Virus record (IMG/VR): IMGVR_UViG_3300020049_016021
Source: a virus
Length of the DNA stretch: 64,000 nucleotides
Strand: one strand, 5' to 3'
Within the stretch, counting starts at the first letter, position 1; the number at the start of each line of letters is the position of its first letter. Made by a program: the position numbers and the translations under genes. Positions 9,501 through 18,555 of the stretch are shown here, piece by piece. Below the pieces are notes generated by a model. It was given only the letters and a program-made list of their open reading frames with translations. It was not told the origin of the DNA and ran no database searches.

Positions 9501-9933
9501 TGAAGAGCCTGCACAATTCAGTGCTTATGGCGAAACAAGTTGGGAGAATCTCTTTAGAAAAATGGAGTCCCAAGGATTTGAATTCCCAAGAGTAGTGATA
9601 AGTCAGATGATCCTAGAAACAGGTTCTTTTACTTCTGATATTTACCAACATAATAAAAATGTTTTTGGTATGAAGAAGAGAAAAGATAGGACCTATTCTA
9701 CAGAGGTGCGCGCAGGGCATTCGGCTTACAAAAATGCAGCACTGTCTTTGGCAGAATACTTGAAGTACCAAAAAATGATTCTCCGTTTGGCTCGTAAAAA
9801 ATACAAAATCGAGACAGAGGATGATTACTTATGGTTACTAGATCACTTGCCACACTGCAAGGGTTGTAGATATGCTGAAGATCCTCTTTACACGACGAAA
9901 TTACGAGCTATTATTGCTCGCGACCTAAATTAA
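9433..9933 (+). CDS. Secreted glucosaminidase-like (GH73-like) peptidoglycan hydrolase
   Basis: Signal-peptide-like N-terminus MLKFVFRVGLVFLAAILLFG; motif VISQMILETGSFTSDIYQHNKNVFGMK resembles the glucosaminidase core. Confidence 0.55.
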   Translation: MLKFVFRVGLVFLAAILLFGRTSEEPAQFSAYGETSWENLFRKMESQGFEFPRVVISQMILETGSFTSDIYQHNKNVFGMKKRKDRTYSTEVRAGHSAYKNAALSLAEYLKYQKMILRLARKKYKIETEDDYLWLLDHLPHCKGCRYAEDPLYTTKLRAIIARDLN

Positions 9934-9939
9934 GATCTG

Positions 9940-10128
9940 CCCCGTGGGATGTCTCCCGTCTCTAGGGTTTTGCTTCACTGGGAGTGTTCCCTTCCCCCGA
10001 ATTTGGCCTGACCGCGCGGATCCTCGCAAAGGTCCCCACATATCTTTCTGGCTGCTCCATCAGCGGCTGGGACCTGGTATTCTCGGGATAAGTAGTAAGG
10101 ACTGGTACCGCCTTAGGACGGGGAGGGA
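9940..10128 (+). ncRNA. GC-rich structured noncoding element (candidate ncRNA or regulatory RNA)
   Basis: About 58% GC island in a roughly 38% GC genome; two near-identical GNNN hairpins GGGATGTCTCCC and GGGAGTGTTCCC; palindrome CCGCGCGG; long-range pairing CCCCGT(9942)/ACGGGG(about 10120); the only track ORF over it is Pro/Gly/Arg-rich and implausible. Confidence 0.3.
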
Positions 10129-10158
10129 ATTTTTGTTAACAATTAAACTAAAATCTAT

Positions 10159-11556
10159 ATGCAACTTATGCTATGGCTGATTATGATAACGGTTGCCGTT
10201 ATTATTATTTTGATGGTCCTCTATTACAAAATTACCTTAAAGGTAAATGAATCGACGACCATTCATCAAGAAGTCACAACGGCCTTACACCAGGAAACAA
10301 ATTCATTGTTGGAGGAACTCATCAAAAAACTTGGCGCAAGGTTTTCCAGAAAAGAAGCGGCAGTCAGCTCGTTACTGAAAATGGAAATTTGGAACACACT
10401 CATCCTATCGAACGCCAGAAACGTCCCACTGGAATTATTTCTCCTTGAATTCTTGAAAACTACCAACGGGCAGATAACCGAAGAGATACTGCACGAATCA
10501 CCGGAAGATCCATTTGCCGATGACAGTGGACGTTCGCAATTATTCAAAATCGAAACTGCGTCGGGAACCGAAAATCTCTCGGACACGGTAATCTTAGAAT
10601 TTATTACTGATTGGGCTCCGCTTTCAGCTATCGAAGATTCAGAAAAATTTGTCCCTTATGCCAGGGACAAAGATTTTGTATCAGTAATTAAGGGTCTCAA
10701 GATTTACACACCGAAGGACTGCCAGGGAGATTGCCCGCTTGACACAATGGCTCTTTGTCAGCGTGTGGCCAATTCTGCCGAACTGCGTGTAAAGTACCTG
10801 CCAAAGGTATTTGACAAAAGCATGATGGCTGTGTGGTCGTACAATGACAAAAGCAAAACGTGGACCTATGGCACGATGCCAGTTGTTCCCGTGGAGGCAC
10901 CAATACTGGATTTATGTTATCCTGTCCTACAAACCAAAGAGACAACGCCAAAGTTGGTTCCGGTGCGCAGGCTACTAGAAACCATTGGACAACAGTGGAA
11001 AGAAAATGTTCCTGTGCGTATTGCCTTTTTAGGTAAAGCTGGTACTGGTAAGAGCCGTCTCCTTCGACTGTTAGCGCACAAGGCCAATGAATGTGGTCAA
11101 AAGGTAGCAACCGTTACCGTAGGTGCCCTAGAGAAGTTGTTGGAGACTTCGTCAGCACCCTTTGCTGACTTGGTTCGAAACTCCGACAAAGGAGGGGTTG
11201 TTGTGTTCATTGATGAGGTATCCGGCATTCCGGCAAAACTCATTGCGGACTTAAACAGCGCAATTGAAGGCATTGTGGACCAACCTCAGTTGTCTTTCGT
11301 CCTTGCGGGCACAATTGACTCTGGTCACGTGGTTGACGAAACACTTGTACGCCAAGGTCGTATGGACCTAACCGTTGAAATTGGTCTTCTGTCGGTCGAA
11401 CAAACTGCGAAATTATACAACGCACTGGTTGCTAAGTATCCTGATTTGAAATGGGATCCTTTGAAAGAGGGAGAATCCATGACTTTGGGAGGAGTTTTTG
11501 GTCTAGGTAAGAAACTCCAATTTGCCGAAAAGCTGGAGAAAGCTTTGTCGCTGTAA
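10159..11556 (+). CDS. Membrane-anchored P-loop NTPase (AAA-type; possible DnaC/IstB-like loader)
   Basis: N-terminal TM; Walker A IAFLGKAGTGKS; Walker B VVVFIDEVSG. Confidence 0.55.
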   Translation: MQLMLWLIMITVAVIIILMVLYYKITLKVNESTTIHQEVTTALHQETNSLLEELIKKLGARFSRKEAAVSSLLKMEIWNTLILSNARNVPLELFLLEFLKTTNGQITEEILHESPEDPFADDSGRSQLFKIETASGTENLSDTVILEFITDWAPLSAIEDSEKFVPYARDKDFVSVIKGLKIYTPKDCQGDCPLDTMALCQRVANSAELRVKYLPKVFDKSMMAVWSYNDKSKTWTYGTMPVVPVEAPILDLCYPVLQTKETTPKLVPVRRLLETIGQQWKENVPVRIAFLGKAGTGKSRLLRLLAHKANECGQKVATVTVGALEKLLETSSAPFADLVRNSDKGGVVVFIDEVSGIPAKLIADLNSAIEGIVDQPQLSFVLAGTIDSGHVVDETLVRQGRMDLTVEIGLLSVEQTAKLYNALVAKYPDLKWDPLKEGESMTLGGVFGLGKKLQFAEKLEKALSL

Positions 11557-11592
11557 AAGACCATATTTTATACAACTTTTTGGTTATCACCT

Positions 11593-11627
11593 AGGAGAAG
11601 AGCTCAACCCTCTTCTCCTAATTTTTT
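11593..11627 (+). terminator. Rho-independent terminator
   Basis: Perfect 10-bp stem AGGAGAAGAG/CTCTTCTCCT, loop CTCAACC, followed by AATTTTTT. Confidence 0.6.
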
Positions 11628-11632
11628 CTGCT

Positions 11633-12337
11633 ATGACATTAAAAGCTGGAGACCCAATAGATGTTGGTGCTCCGATGGGCACAAAAAGGACTAGAAGATT
11701 CCCAGACACAAATACAGAGCAGTCGTTTGTAACCCAAGCGGTTGCTTATATAAATACGGGAGTTTTTACACAATACGAAACAAAAGGAGGAAAAATTTGG
11801 TTAAAAACTAATGAATACCTAAATCATAGCCACCTTATTCTAGATTTTTCTTATTATCCCCTAGGCCTAGGAGCTTTGGGTGAACGTAGTTATATGCGGC
11901 CGGAACATCTTCCATTTAGTCATCCTGGCTGTATAGTTGGACTTCAGGCCACACAACTTTGTACTCATAGGCTTTCAGGAGAGAAGTGCAGATTACGCAT
12001 AGCTGAAAATTTTTACGCTAATGGTGAATACACTCTTACGCCTATTAATGGTAAAGAAGAAACTAGAACTTTTACAAGTCAAAAATGGGGTGATAACTAT
12101 AGAGAATTTTTAGCTCATTTAGAATCCTTAAAAGGCTCTACTCTCTGCGGGAAAGGGCGTATTCGTGGATTTATTCTTTACGATACATTTGATACTGAAA
12201 ATATTGGAAGATACGTATCATCTCTAATTTTACCAAACAACGACGCTAGGCAGATTCAGAAAGAAGCATACGTTATAGTAGTGTTTGAGGACCTTACTTT
12301 AGCGTACTTTCCAACTTATTTAATAGAGAAGCCATGA
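11633..12337 (+). CDS. Hypothetical protein (start moved to ATG 11633; track ORF 11522.. reads through the terminator hairpin)
   Basis: ATG at 11633 just after the terminator; in frame with track ORF. Confidence 0.5.
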   Translation: MTLKAGDPIDVGAPMGTKRTRRFPDTNTEQSFVTQAVAYINTGVFTQYETKGGKIWLKTNEYLNHSHLILDFSYYPLGLGALGERSYMRPEHLPFSHPGCIVGLQATQLCTHRLSGEKCRLRIAENFYANGEYTLTPINGKEETRTFTSQKWGDNYREFLAHLESLKGSTLCGKGRIRGFILYDTFDTENIGRYVSSLILPNNDARQIQKEAYVIVVFEDLTLAYFPTYLIEKP

Positions 12338-12861
12338 AATTAACGATCCACCATCTATCAAATGATGGAAACCAACGTATAAAAACCCTGCACGCTAAAG
12401 AAGCTATTATTGACTGGGGATACGAACTAACGTCAGGAAATCCTGAGCCGGCAATAAAACTGATAACCGAGACAACAGAAAAGCAGTATGTACTGCTTGG
12501 CATACATAATATTGAGACAATATTTAATGTAGTAAACGAATTAATTAAAACAAACGCGGCTGCATTGTCCTTACCCATAGATATATTTGACCCAAGCCTG
12601 CCTTCTCACAGTGCATGCACTTGGAGTCTTGAAGATTATTTTGATTGGTTACATCCACATCTATATCAAAGAACTGAAGCTTTTGCTTTGTTCTCTAGCA
12701 CAGAAAAGAGACAAATTTTAGCAAAAGATTATTCCCCTATAACCAAAAGTCGTAAAAAATCACTCGCTCCTCATTGGAGAGCTAGATTACCAATCCCACA
12801 AAAAGATATTTCTAAACTAAAATTTTTTAATGAAATACTTGACAATCGCGTTATTATTTAG
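12334..12861 (+). CDS. Hypothetical protein
   Basis: 175-aa ORF; ATGA overlap upstream. Confidence 0.5.
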   Translation: MKLTIHHLSNDGNQRIKTLHAKEAIIDWGYELTSGNPEPAIKLITETTEKQYVLLGIHNIETIFNVVNELIKTNAAALSLPIDIFDPSLPSHSACTWSLEDYFDWLHPHLYQRTEAFALFSSTEKRQILAKDYSPITKSRKKSLAPHWRARLPIPQKDISKLKFFNEILDNRVII

Positions 12862-13183
12862 TATCTTTGCACTCTCATGCGGAGATCCTGGCGACGAAGC
12901 TTATGAGCTTCCAATTCGTCCAACAGACACCATCCCAACAATCGAGATTGAACCCTCACAAACGGTTACTTGGGACCATAGTGTACTAAGTTTGCGCCTC
13001 CCAGAGCTAAACGCAAAACCGCATTGTGAGAATTTGCGAATAGTGCTTGAAGTACTGATAAAAGGGGATTCGTTGCATAGTTACACAGTCACACAACAGT
13101 GTAACCCCACAATACCCACAGTAGCTAAGAAAGCTCCAGTGAAACCAGTAGTTAAACCTAAACCAGCCGTTAAGAAAAAATGA
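12830..13183 (+). CDS. Putative lipoprotein with Lys/Pro-rich C-terminus
   Basis: Signal plus lipobox-like LSCG; C-terminal KKAPVKPVVKPKPAVKKK. Confidence 0.45.
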   Translation: MKYLTIALLFSIFALSCGDPGDEAYELPIRPTDTIPTIEIEPSQTVTWDHSVLSLRLPELNAKPHCENLRIVLEVLIKGDSLHSYTVTQQCNPTIPTVAKKAPVKPVVKPKPAVKKK

Positions 13184-13638
13184 AGCGAATAGCTATGGCT
13201 CAGTATGTCCGCTGGCGTTACCCAGACCCAGAAGGAATAGAGGACTATTACTCGGGGACCCCTGAAGAGAAGCAAAGGAGAAGTAAGAGAGAGATGACAC
13301 GTCTTGAGAAACAAGCCTACAACCAATTGCTTGATAGTGTTTACAACAACAAGACGAGAAAGAATTTTTCTATTCAACTCTCTACAAAAGAAAAATTGGC
13401 CTTAATTTGTGCCACTGATCTATACACCAAAGATCTGTACAAACTAAAACTCCTCAGAAAACAAGTCAAGAATGGAAATAAGCGAAAAGGCCATCGTGAA
13501 ATTGGGTCTCCCATCCATTACCGAGTGGAAAGATATTCCATTCCCGTACCAAAACCAAGGTTGGAGGACATACGGCGAATTCGTCGACAAGCTCTCGAGT
13601 ACCTTGCGAATCCGCATATCCGAGACTATCGTCTGTAA
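13180..13638 (+). CDS. Hypothetical basic protein
   Basis: 152-aa ORF; overlaps ORF 13472..13798 in another frame (one of the two may be spurious or frameshifted). Confidence 0.4.
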   Translation: MKRIAMAQYVRWRYPDPEGIEDYYSGTPEEKQRRSKREMTRLEKQAYNQLLDSVYNNKTRKNFSIQLSTKEKLALICATDLYTKDLYKLKLLRKQVKNGNKRKGHREIGSPIHYRVERYSIPVPKPRLEDIRRIRRQALEYLANPHIRDYRL

Positions 13639-13798
13639 TCGCAAGATCATTCATCGGGTAGAATTACACCAGGCAACTTTGGGGTTATGTGTCGTATATG
13701 ACGCAAATCGATCTGAAGCCTATAAAAAAGCGTTGCGTAAATGCTATCGACTTCTAAAACGTTATTACTCTTTGAACCTAGCGGAAGCCAATATTTAA
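13472..13798 (+). CDS. Hypothetical protein (overlapping alternative frame)
   Basis: 108-aa ORF overlapping both neighbours. Confidence 0.25.
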   Translation: MEISEKAIVKLGLPSITEWKDIPFPYQNQGWRTYGEFVDKLSSTLRIRISETIVCNRKIIHRVELHQATLGLCVVYDANRSEAYKKALRKCYRLLKRYYSLNLAEANI

Positions 13799-14295
13799 CG
13801 CAGGTTCACCAAATAAAGACCCTATTTCAAAGGGAAGAATGGTATGTAGAAAAACTGCAGCCCTACACGAAGATATATAACCCGAATGCGGTGATACTTA
13901 TTCCAGATACTGCTGGGTTGAATGTGAACATGGAGTATGTGAAAACAAAGTTTCCTCCTATATTCCCGCCACAAGATCCAGGCCTTGAGTACTTTAGGTT
14001 AAATTTTTTGCATTACTATGTAAAGAAGAAAATGCCCATTCTCGGCATAGGGACTTCAAGTTTTCTTATCTTTGCTGAGGTCTGTAAGGGAAACCTAATC
14101 TTTGGAGCTGACGGATTATCCTGGGGAGCCACTAAACTCCCAAATGTAGATACAAATACTAACAACTTCGTGGGCCCCTATTGTGGTGGTTTATTGAATT
14201 TTAGTATAAATGAAGACCTTTGTGAATTTGCAGAGGCTCTCTTGCCAAGGCCGGATGGCGGAGAGGAAGTAGAACCGGCCCTTGTTTTAGTATGA
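13741..14295 (+). CDS. Hypothetical protein
   Basis: 184-aa ORF ending in TGA with ATGA overlap to the next gene. Confidence 0.45.
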   Translation: MLSTSKTLLLFEPSGSQYLTQVHQIKTLFQREEWYVEKLQPYTKIYNPNAVILIPDTAGLNVNMEYVKTKFPPIFPPQDPGLEYFRLNFLHYYVKKKMPILGIGTSSFLIFAEVCKGNLIFGADGLSWGATKLPNVDTNTNNFVGPYCGGLLNFSINEDLCEFAEALLPRPDGGEEVEPALVLV

Positions 14296-14588
14296 ACAAA
14301 TCGCTAGCGGCATATGTTAGAGACCGCTTCTGAGTACTTAGAAGAGTCAAAGACAAACAGCCTCTGAATGTTTCGTATACAATAGAAGGACTTAAATGGT
14401 CTAGTAATAGGCTAGGAAAGGCCCTCTTTTTTAAAAAAGCCATTATCTCTAATGGTAAGATTATTGGGGACTTGTCTCCATCTGAAGAGGTTTATTACGA
14501 GTTGTTTGATCCTATGGAACACAACAACTTAACTCTTCAAAGAGCCGAATTGAGGTGTTTAGACAAAGCTTTGCGGCTTTGCTACTAA
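14292..14588 (+). CDS. Hypothetical protein with one in-frame TGA (14331); first TGA-recoded gene; weak HNH-like motif (EHNNL)
   Basis: ATG 14292 to TAA 14586-88; open across TGA 14331-33 with plausible composition; missed by the standard-code track. Confidence 0.4.
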
Positions 14589-14645
14589 ATAGGCTACTAC
14601 CCGGAACCTCTAAGTGACCGGTCTTTTCACATTAATATATTTATT

Positions 14646-15248
14646 TTGGAAACAATACTTAAAAGCCTTGCTATAATTGGTTTTATGAGTCTCTGTGGAT
14701 TTTTGTTTGTGAAAAATAACACACAAATCGAGATTTTAAAAACAGAGCAAACCATACAAACTGTGCGGGCTGATTCTCTTTCTCAAAAAGTCGATTCCTT
14801 ACAGGAAGAAATAATTCGATTGAGAGAAACCCATCCGTATCAATCGCGTAAGTGAAAGAATCGGAAAACAGGCCTTTGTACGCAAGGCAACTTCTTTGGA
14901 TTTCTACTTTACACCCCTGTTGATACAACCATAAGTAAAGATTTTGCTTACGTACTTTCAACATATTCTGGGCCAAAAGCTAAGGTAACAAGTGTAAAAA
15001 GATACAATGACTCATCGTCTCGCCACTATCACGGCAAGGCTATTGATTTAGCTTGAGATGAAGAGTTAATTGCTTTTTTGATATCAGAAGAAGGTACAAG
15101 ATGGTTAACCGAACACGATATTACCCTTTATATTGAAGGGGCTCCAGGAAGTAAAAAGGTCCGAAAGTACCTAGATCATCCTCAAGCAGCACAATATTGC
15201 TTCTTTAATAAGAACGCAACGGGTGACCACATCCACATGAATATTTAA
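14646..15248 (+). CDS. M15-family zinc peptidase (VanY / L-Ala-D-Glu peptidase-like cell-wall hydrolase) with N-terminal TM; two in-frame TGA read as sense
   Basis: Motifs SRHYHGKAIDLA (SxHxxGxAxD) and GDHIH; in-frame TGA at 14853 and 15054; TAA stop 15246-48; TTG start at 14646 (ATG alternative at 14682). Confidence 0.6.
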
Positions 15249-15289
15249 CGGGATTGGGAGAGGGTAATACTTCTCCCTAATTCCAACTT

Positions 15290-15517
15290 ATGATAACTGT
15301 AATCTTTTCGGCTCTTATTGGGGCCATCGTAACGAGAACCGTTGATAACTTTCCAAAGATTGTCCGGTCTCTAAAAACATTGACACAAGAACCCGTAACC
15401 ACGGTACAAGAAAAAAAAGCACCTTCTGGGGAACCAAGTGCTGGAGAACTAGTTCAAACAGGCATAAAAAGAACGAAAAATGGATATACGGCCGTCTATG
15501 TGAGTCGTGAGAGATAG
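15290..15517 (+). CDS. Small hypothetical membrane protein
   Basis: 75-aa ORF; overlaps PolA start by about 38 nt. Confidence 0.3.
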   Translation: MITVIFSALIGAIVTRTVDNFPKIVRSLKTLTQEPVTTVQEKKAPSGEPSAGELVQTGIKRTKNGYTAVYVSRER

Positions 15518-17366
15518 TAAAATCTCTCCTTGCTCAGGGCTAGATATTACTAAGGCAATACGGGAATGAACTGGCCCTATTGCTCTAGACACCGAGACTA
15601 CCGGAGGATTAGATAACATCTTAGCTCAAAAGGTAGTATTACTACAGTTCGGAAATGCGCATGTGCAGTATCTTATTGACACACGTGTAAAAGATCCCAC
15701 CAAGCTCCTAAAAGAAATAATAAAAAGACCCATTATTGGGCACAACCTGAAGTATGATTACCAGGTCATAAAGCAGAACTATGGGGTGGAACTGAGTGAT
15801 GTATTTGATACTATGCTAGCAGAGCAAGTCTTGGACTGCGGAAGTTTTGAGGGCATACGAAAAGGCTGGTATGGACTAGCCCAAGTTTCTCATAGGCGCG
15901 TTGGCATAGATTTTTATAGTAGCCAAGGGAATTTATTTCTCCCTACGATAACAAAAGAGCTACAAAAATCATTTACAAAACAAGGTGACACCCCGTTTAG
16001 CTTAGCTCAATTATTATATGCGGCTCTCGACGTTGAGGCCACATACAGAACATATCTGGCTCAACAAGTACAAATAACCAAGGATAATCTCGAAGCGACA
16101 ATCGAGTTAGAAAATGAATATTTGAAGGTTCTGGGAGATATGGAATTAGTTGGTGTGTTTCTAAATCAGAAGCAATGGTTAGACAATTATCGTCAAACAT
16201 TGCTTGCTACTGAAAAGCTTAGAGAAATGCTTTCTGCTTATGCCCCCGTAAACTGAAATAGTTGGAGACAAGTTCTACCAATAATGCAGTCTTTCGGGGT
16301 GGACACATCCATCATAGACAAAAAGACGGGCGCGATAAAGGAATCTGTTGCTAGACAAGTATTAGAAAAGCAGATAAAGAAAGATCCCATAATTGGTAGT
16401 TACCTATCTTATAAGGAGTCCGCGAAAGAGTCGTCTGTATATGGGGAAATGTTTTTAAAGCATGTAAATCCCATATCCAATAGGGTTCATTCTTCTTTTA
16501 TGCAGATAATGCGTACGGGTAGGACATCCTCTACAAATCCGAATATCCAGAATATAAAGCGCGGCGCAATTTACCGCTCCGCTTTCCAAGCTGAAGAGGG
16601 AAATGTATTTGTTGGGGCCGACTTCTCAAACATTGAAGCAAGAATTCTAGCTGATAAATGTGGAGATGTAAACTTTAGAGCTGCCTTTGATAATGATGGA
16701 GACTACCACTTAGCGACCGCCAGATTGGCCTTTGAAGATCCAACCTTACAGAAGGATTCAGAAGAACGAAGGTTAGCTAAGAATATTAACTTCAGTATTG
16801 CCTATGGGGGTGGTGCTGGAACACTTTACGAAAAGTATAGGATTCCTTTGAAACGAGGAAAAGAGCTGATAGAGAAGGTTTATAAGGGATTTCCAAAGCT
16901 AAGACCCTATTTCGATAGACAAGGGCAACTCGCAAAAGAGAATGGGTACATAGTGGCAAACGAATTAACTAAGAGAAGAAGTTATATTCCTTTCTTTGAT
17001 AAGTATAAAACCATGAAGGCCCATATAGAGACCTTTACACGGAGAGGTTGGGAACCACATCCACATGTGGTACGAGATTGTAGAATGTTAGAGGCAAAAA
17101 TTCAACGTTGGGCACAGAACATACCGATCCAAGCTACTGCTGCTGACGTAGCAAAGCAAGCCGGAATATATTTAAGGCAACGCTCAAAAAAGATTGGATT
17201 CGATATTGTGATATTTGCGCACGATGAATATGTAGTGGAATGTGCAGAGTGGAAGAAAAAGGCTGTAAGTTTAGCGCTAGAGCGCTCTTGCAGCGAGGCT
17301 GTTAACAAATTCTTAACCATAGCTGTTCCCGCTGTTGCGGAAGATAGTACACACTGAAAAAAATAA
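15480..17366 (+). CDS. polA: Family A DNA polymerase with 3'-5' exonuclease domain; contiguous only if four in-frame TGA are read as sense
   Basis: Exo I motif LDTETTGG upstream of the track ORF start; exo II IGHNLKYDYQV; Pol motif B RRLAKNINFSIAYGGGAGTL; motif C FAHDEYVVEC; in-frame TGA at 15501, 15567, 16254 (between the two track ORFs, same frame) and 17355; TAA at 17364-66 in TAATG overlap with the next gene. Confidence 0.85.
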
Positions 17367-18463
17367 TGACATTAGAAGCCACGTTTATTTACATTATGGT
17401 CGCCGGATTACTTGGCGTCGTAAGCTACTTTGGATATCAAAAAGCAAAAAAAGATCCTGAAAATGCGGGGCTTGAACCAGGAGTAATTCTTGTTCGTTCC
17501 TTTATTAAATATTCTCTGACATACTTTATTGTTTTCCAGGCTTCAGCTATGCTTGCAGAAGCAGCTCTCCTGGGTTCAGTTCAAGAAGAAAACATGAACG
17601 TAGCTGCTCGTATGGGCAGTCACATAGCAATGGCAATGGTAGGCGCTTTTGGTGCCTTCGCCATGACAAAATACTTTGGAAGTTTCATATCCGTAATAAC
17701 AACAAAAAGACCCCTAGGCATTTGGCTGGGCTTGGCTAGCACAACTTTTATGCTGAGTGGTGTAAGTTTGGTTTTGACCATTGGATCGCCTATCTACAAT
17801 CTTATGGCTATGACAAATGCTCTTCATCAGGGAGTTCAACTTGAAGTATGGTGGGCAAGTTTTCAAGTTGGTTTGGGATTTAAACCTCAAGCGTACTTAG
17901 ACTATGTGATAGCGTTGAATAAGCTTCCGGCTAACTATGCCCCATATGATTCCCTTAAAACGGGTATGGTGACTTCATTAGGTTTGACAGCCTTTCACAT
18001 CCTAATTACCTTCTGGGAAATCCTAACGGTATTAATGCTGGCTCTAACCCATAAAGGTGTAAATCATGCTTTGCTAGGCAACTTATTTGATTTGGTTGTT
18101 GATGCACCCGCTAAGGATTCAAAAGCAAAAGATGACGCAAAGGACAAGAAGCCAAAAGATGACATAACTGAAGAAGCAAGGAAAGCAAAAGATTTGATAG
18201 GTAAACTGTTGACTTATGCTGAACTTGATAAAGATGTTGTTGCTTCATTTTCTGAGAAACTGTTTCCGTATATTCATGACAAAAGCACCCAACAAAATAC
18301 GGTTGCTAACTTAGCGGAAGCTATGGATTTGCTCGTGAAATATGAATCAGCAAGAAACTCGTCTCCTCAAGCTAAGGCTGGTTTACGTACTCAATTTCAA
18401 GCCTTGGTTACTAAATGGACTAAGGGCGGCTTAACTCTGCCTAAAGCAGCAAAAAAGATGTAA
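17366..18463 (+). CDS. Polytopic membrane protein with Lys/Asp-rich C-terminal region
   Basis: 365-aa ORF with several hydrophobic helices; ends ...PKAAKKM-TAA containing the A_AAA_AAG heptamer. Confidence 0.55.
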   Translation: MTLEATFIYIMVAGLLGVVSYFGYQKAKKDPENAGLEPGVILVRSFIKYSLTYFIVFQASAMLAEAALLGSVQEENMNVAARMGSHIAMAMVGAFGAFAMTKYFGSFISVITTKRPLGIWLGLASTTFMLSGVSLVLTIGSPIYNLMAMTNALHQGVQLEVWWASFQVGLGFKPQAYLDYVIALNKLPANYAPYDSLKTGMVTSLGLTAFHILITFWEILTVLMLALTHKGVNHALLGNLFDLVVDAPAKDSKAKDDAKDKKPKDDITEEARKAKDLIGKLLTYAELDKDVVASFSEKLFPYIHDKSTQQNTVANLAEAMDLLVKYESARNSSPQAKAGLRTQFQALVTKWTKGGLTLPKAAKKM

Positions 18464-18541
18464 GCCGAGGAGAACCTAGTTGTGAGTGGTGTGGGGGAAT
18501 ACACGGCAATATTGGCCTTGAATTAATCCACACCTTCTCAC
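18451..18541 (+). promoter_or_regulatory. Candidate programmed -1 ribosomal frameshift site (A_AAA_AAG) with downstream stem-loop
   Basis: Slippery heptamer 18451-18457 in the zero frame of gene 17366..18463; the -1 frame is open into the zinc-ribbon gene; hairpin GTGAGTGGTGTGG(18483-95)/CCACACCTTCTCAC(18528-41). Confidence 0.3.
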
Positions 18542-18555
18542 GCCCTCCTTGGCTT

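Noticed and set aside
9944-10180. Track ORF (78 aa) over the GC-rich island as a protein-coding gene
   Set aside because: Pro/Gly/Arg-rich low-complexity translation driven by GC content. The region is better explained as structured RNA or a regulatory element.
1-14295. Whole genome uses genetic code 4 (host such as a mollicute)
   Set aside because: Half of the early-block genes end in TGA with ATGA overlaps and random-looking extensions if read through. Together with the giant-RNAP crAss-like architecture, this points to standard code early and recoding later, not a uniform code-4 host.
16254-16283. Intron or frameshift between the PolA exonuclease and polymerase ORFs
   Set aside because: The two track ORFs are in the same frame, separated only by a single TGA codon with no other stop. 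Simple TGA read-through suffices.
18483-18541. Second tRNA suggested by the reuse of GGTGTGG ... CCACACC arms
   Set aside because: Only 47 nt between the arms, with no T-loop or anticodon arm. Interpreted as a simple hairpin (possible frameshift stimulator or terminator-like structure).
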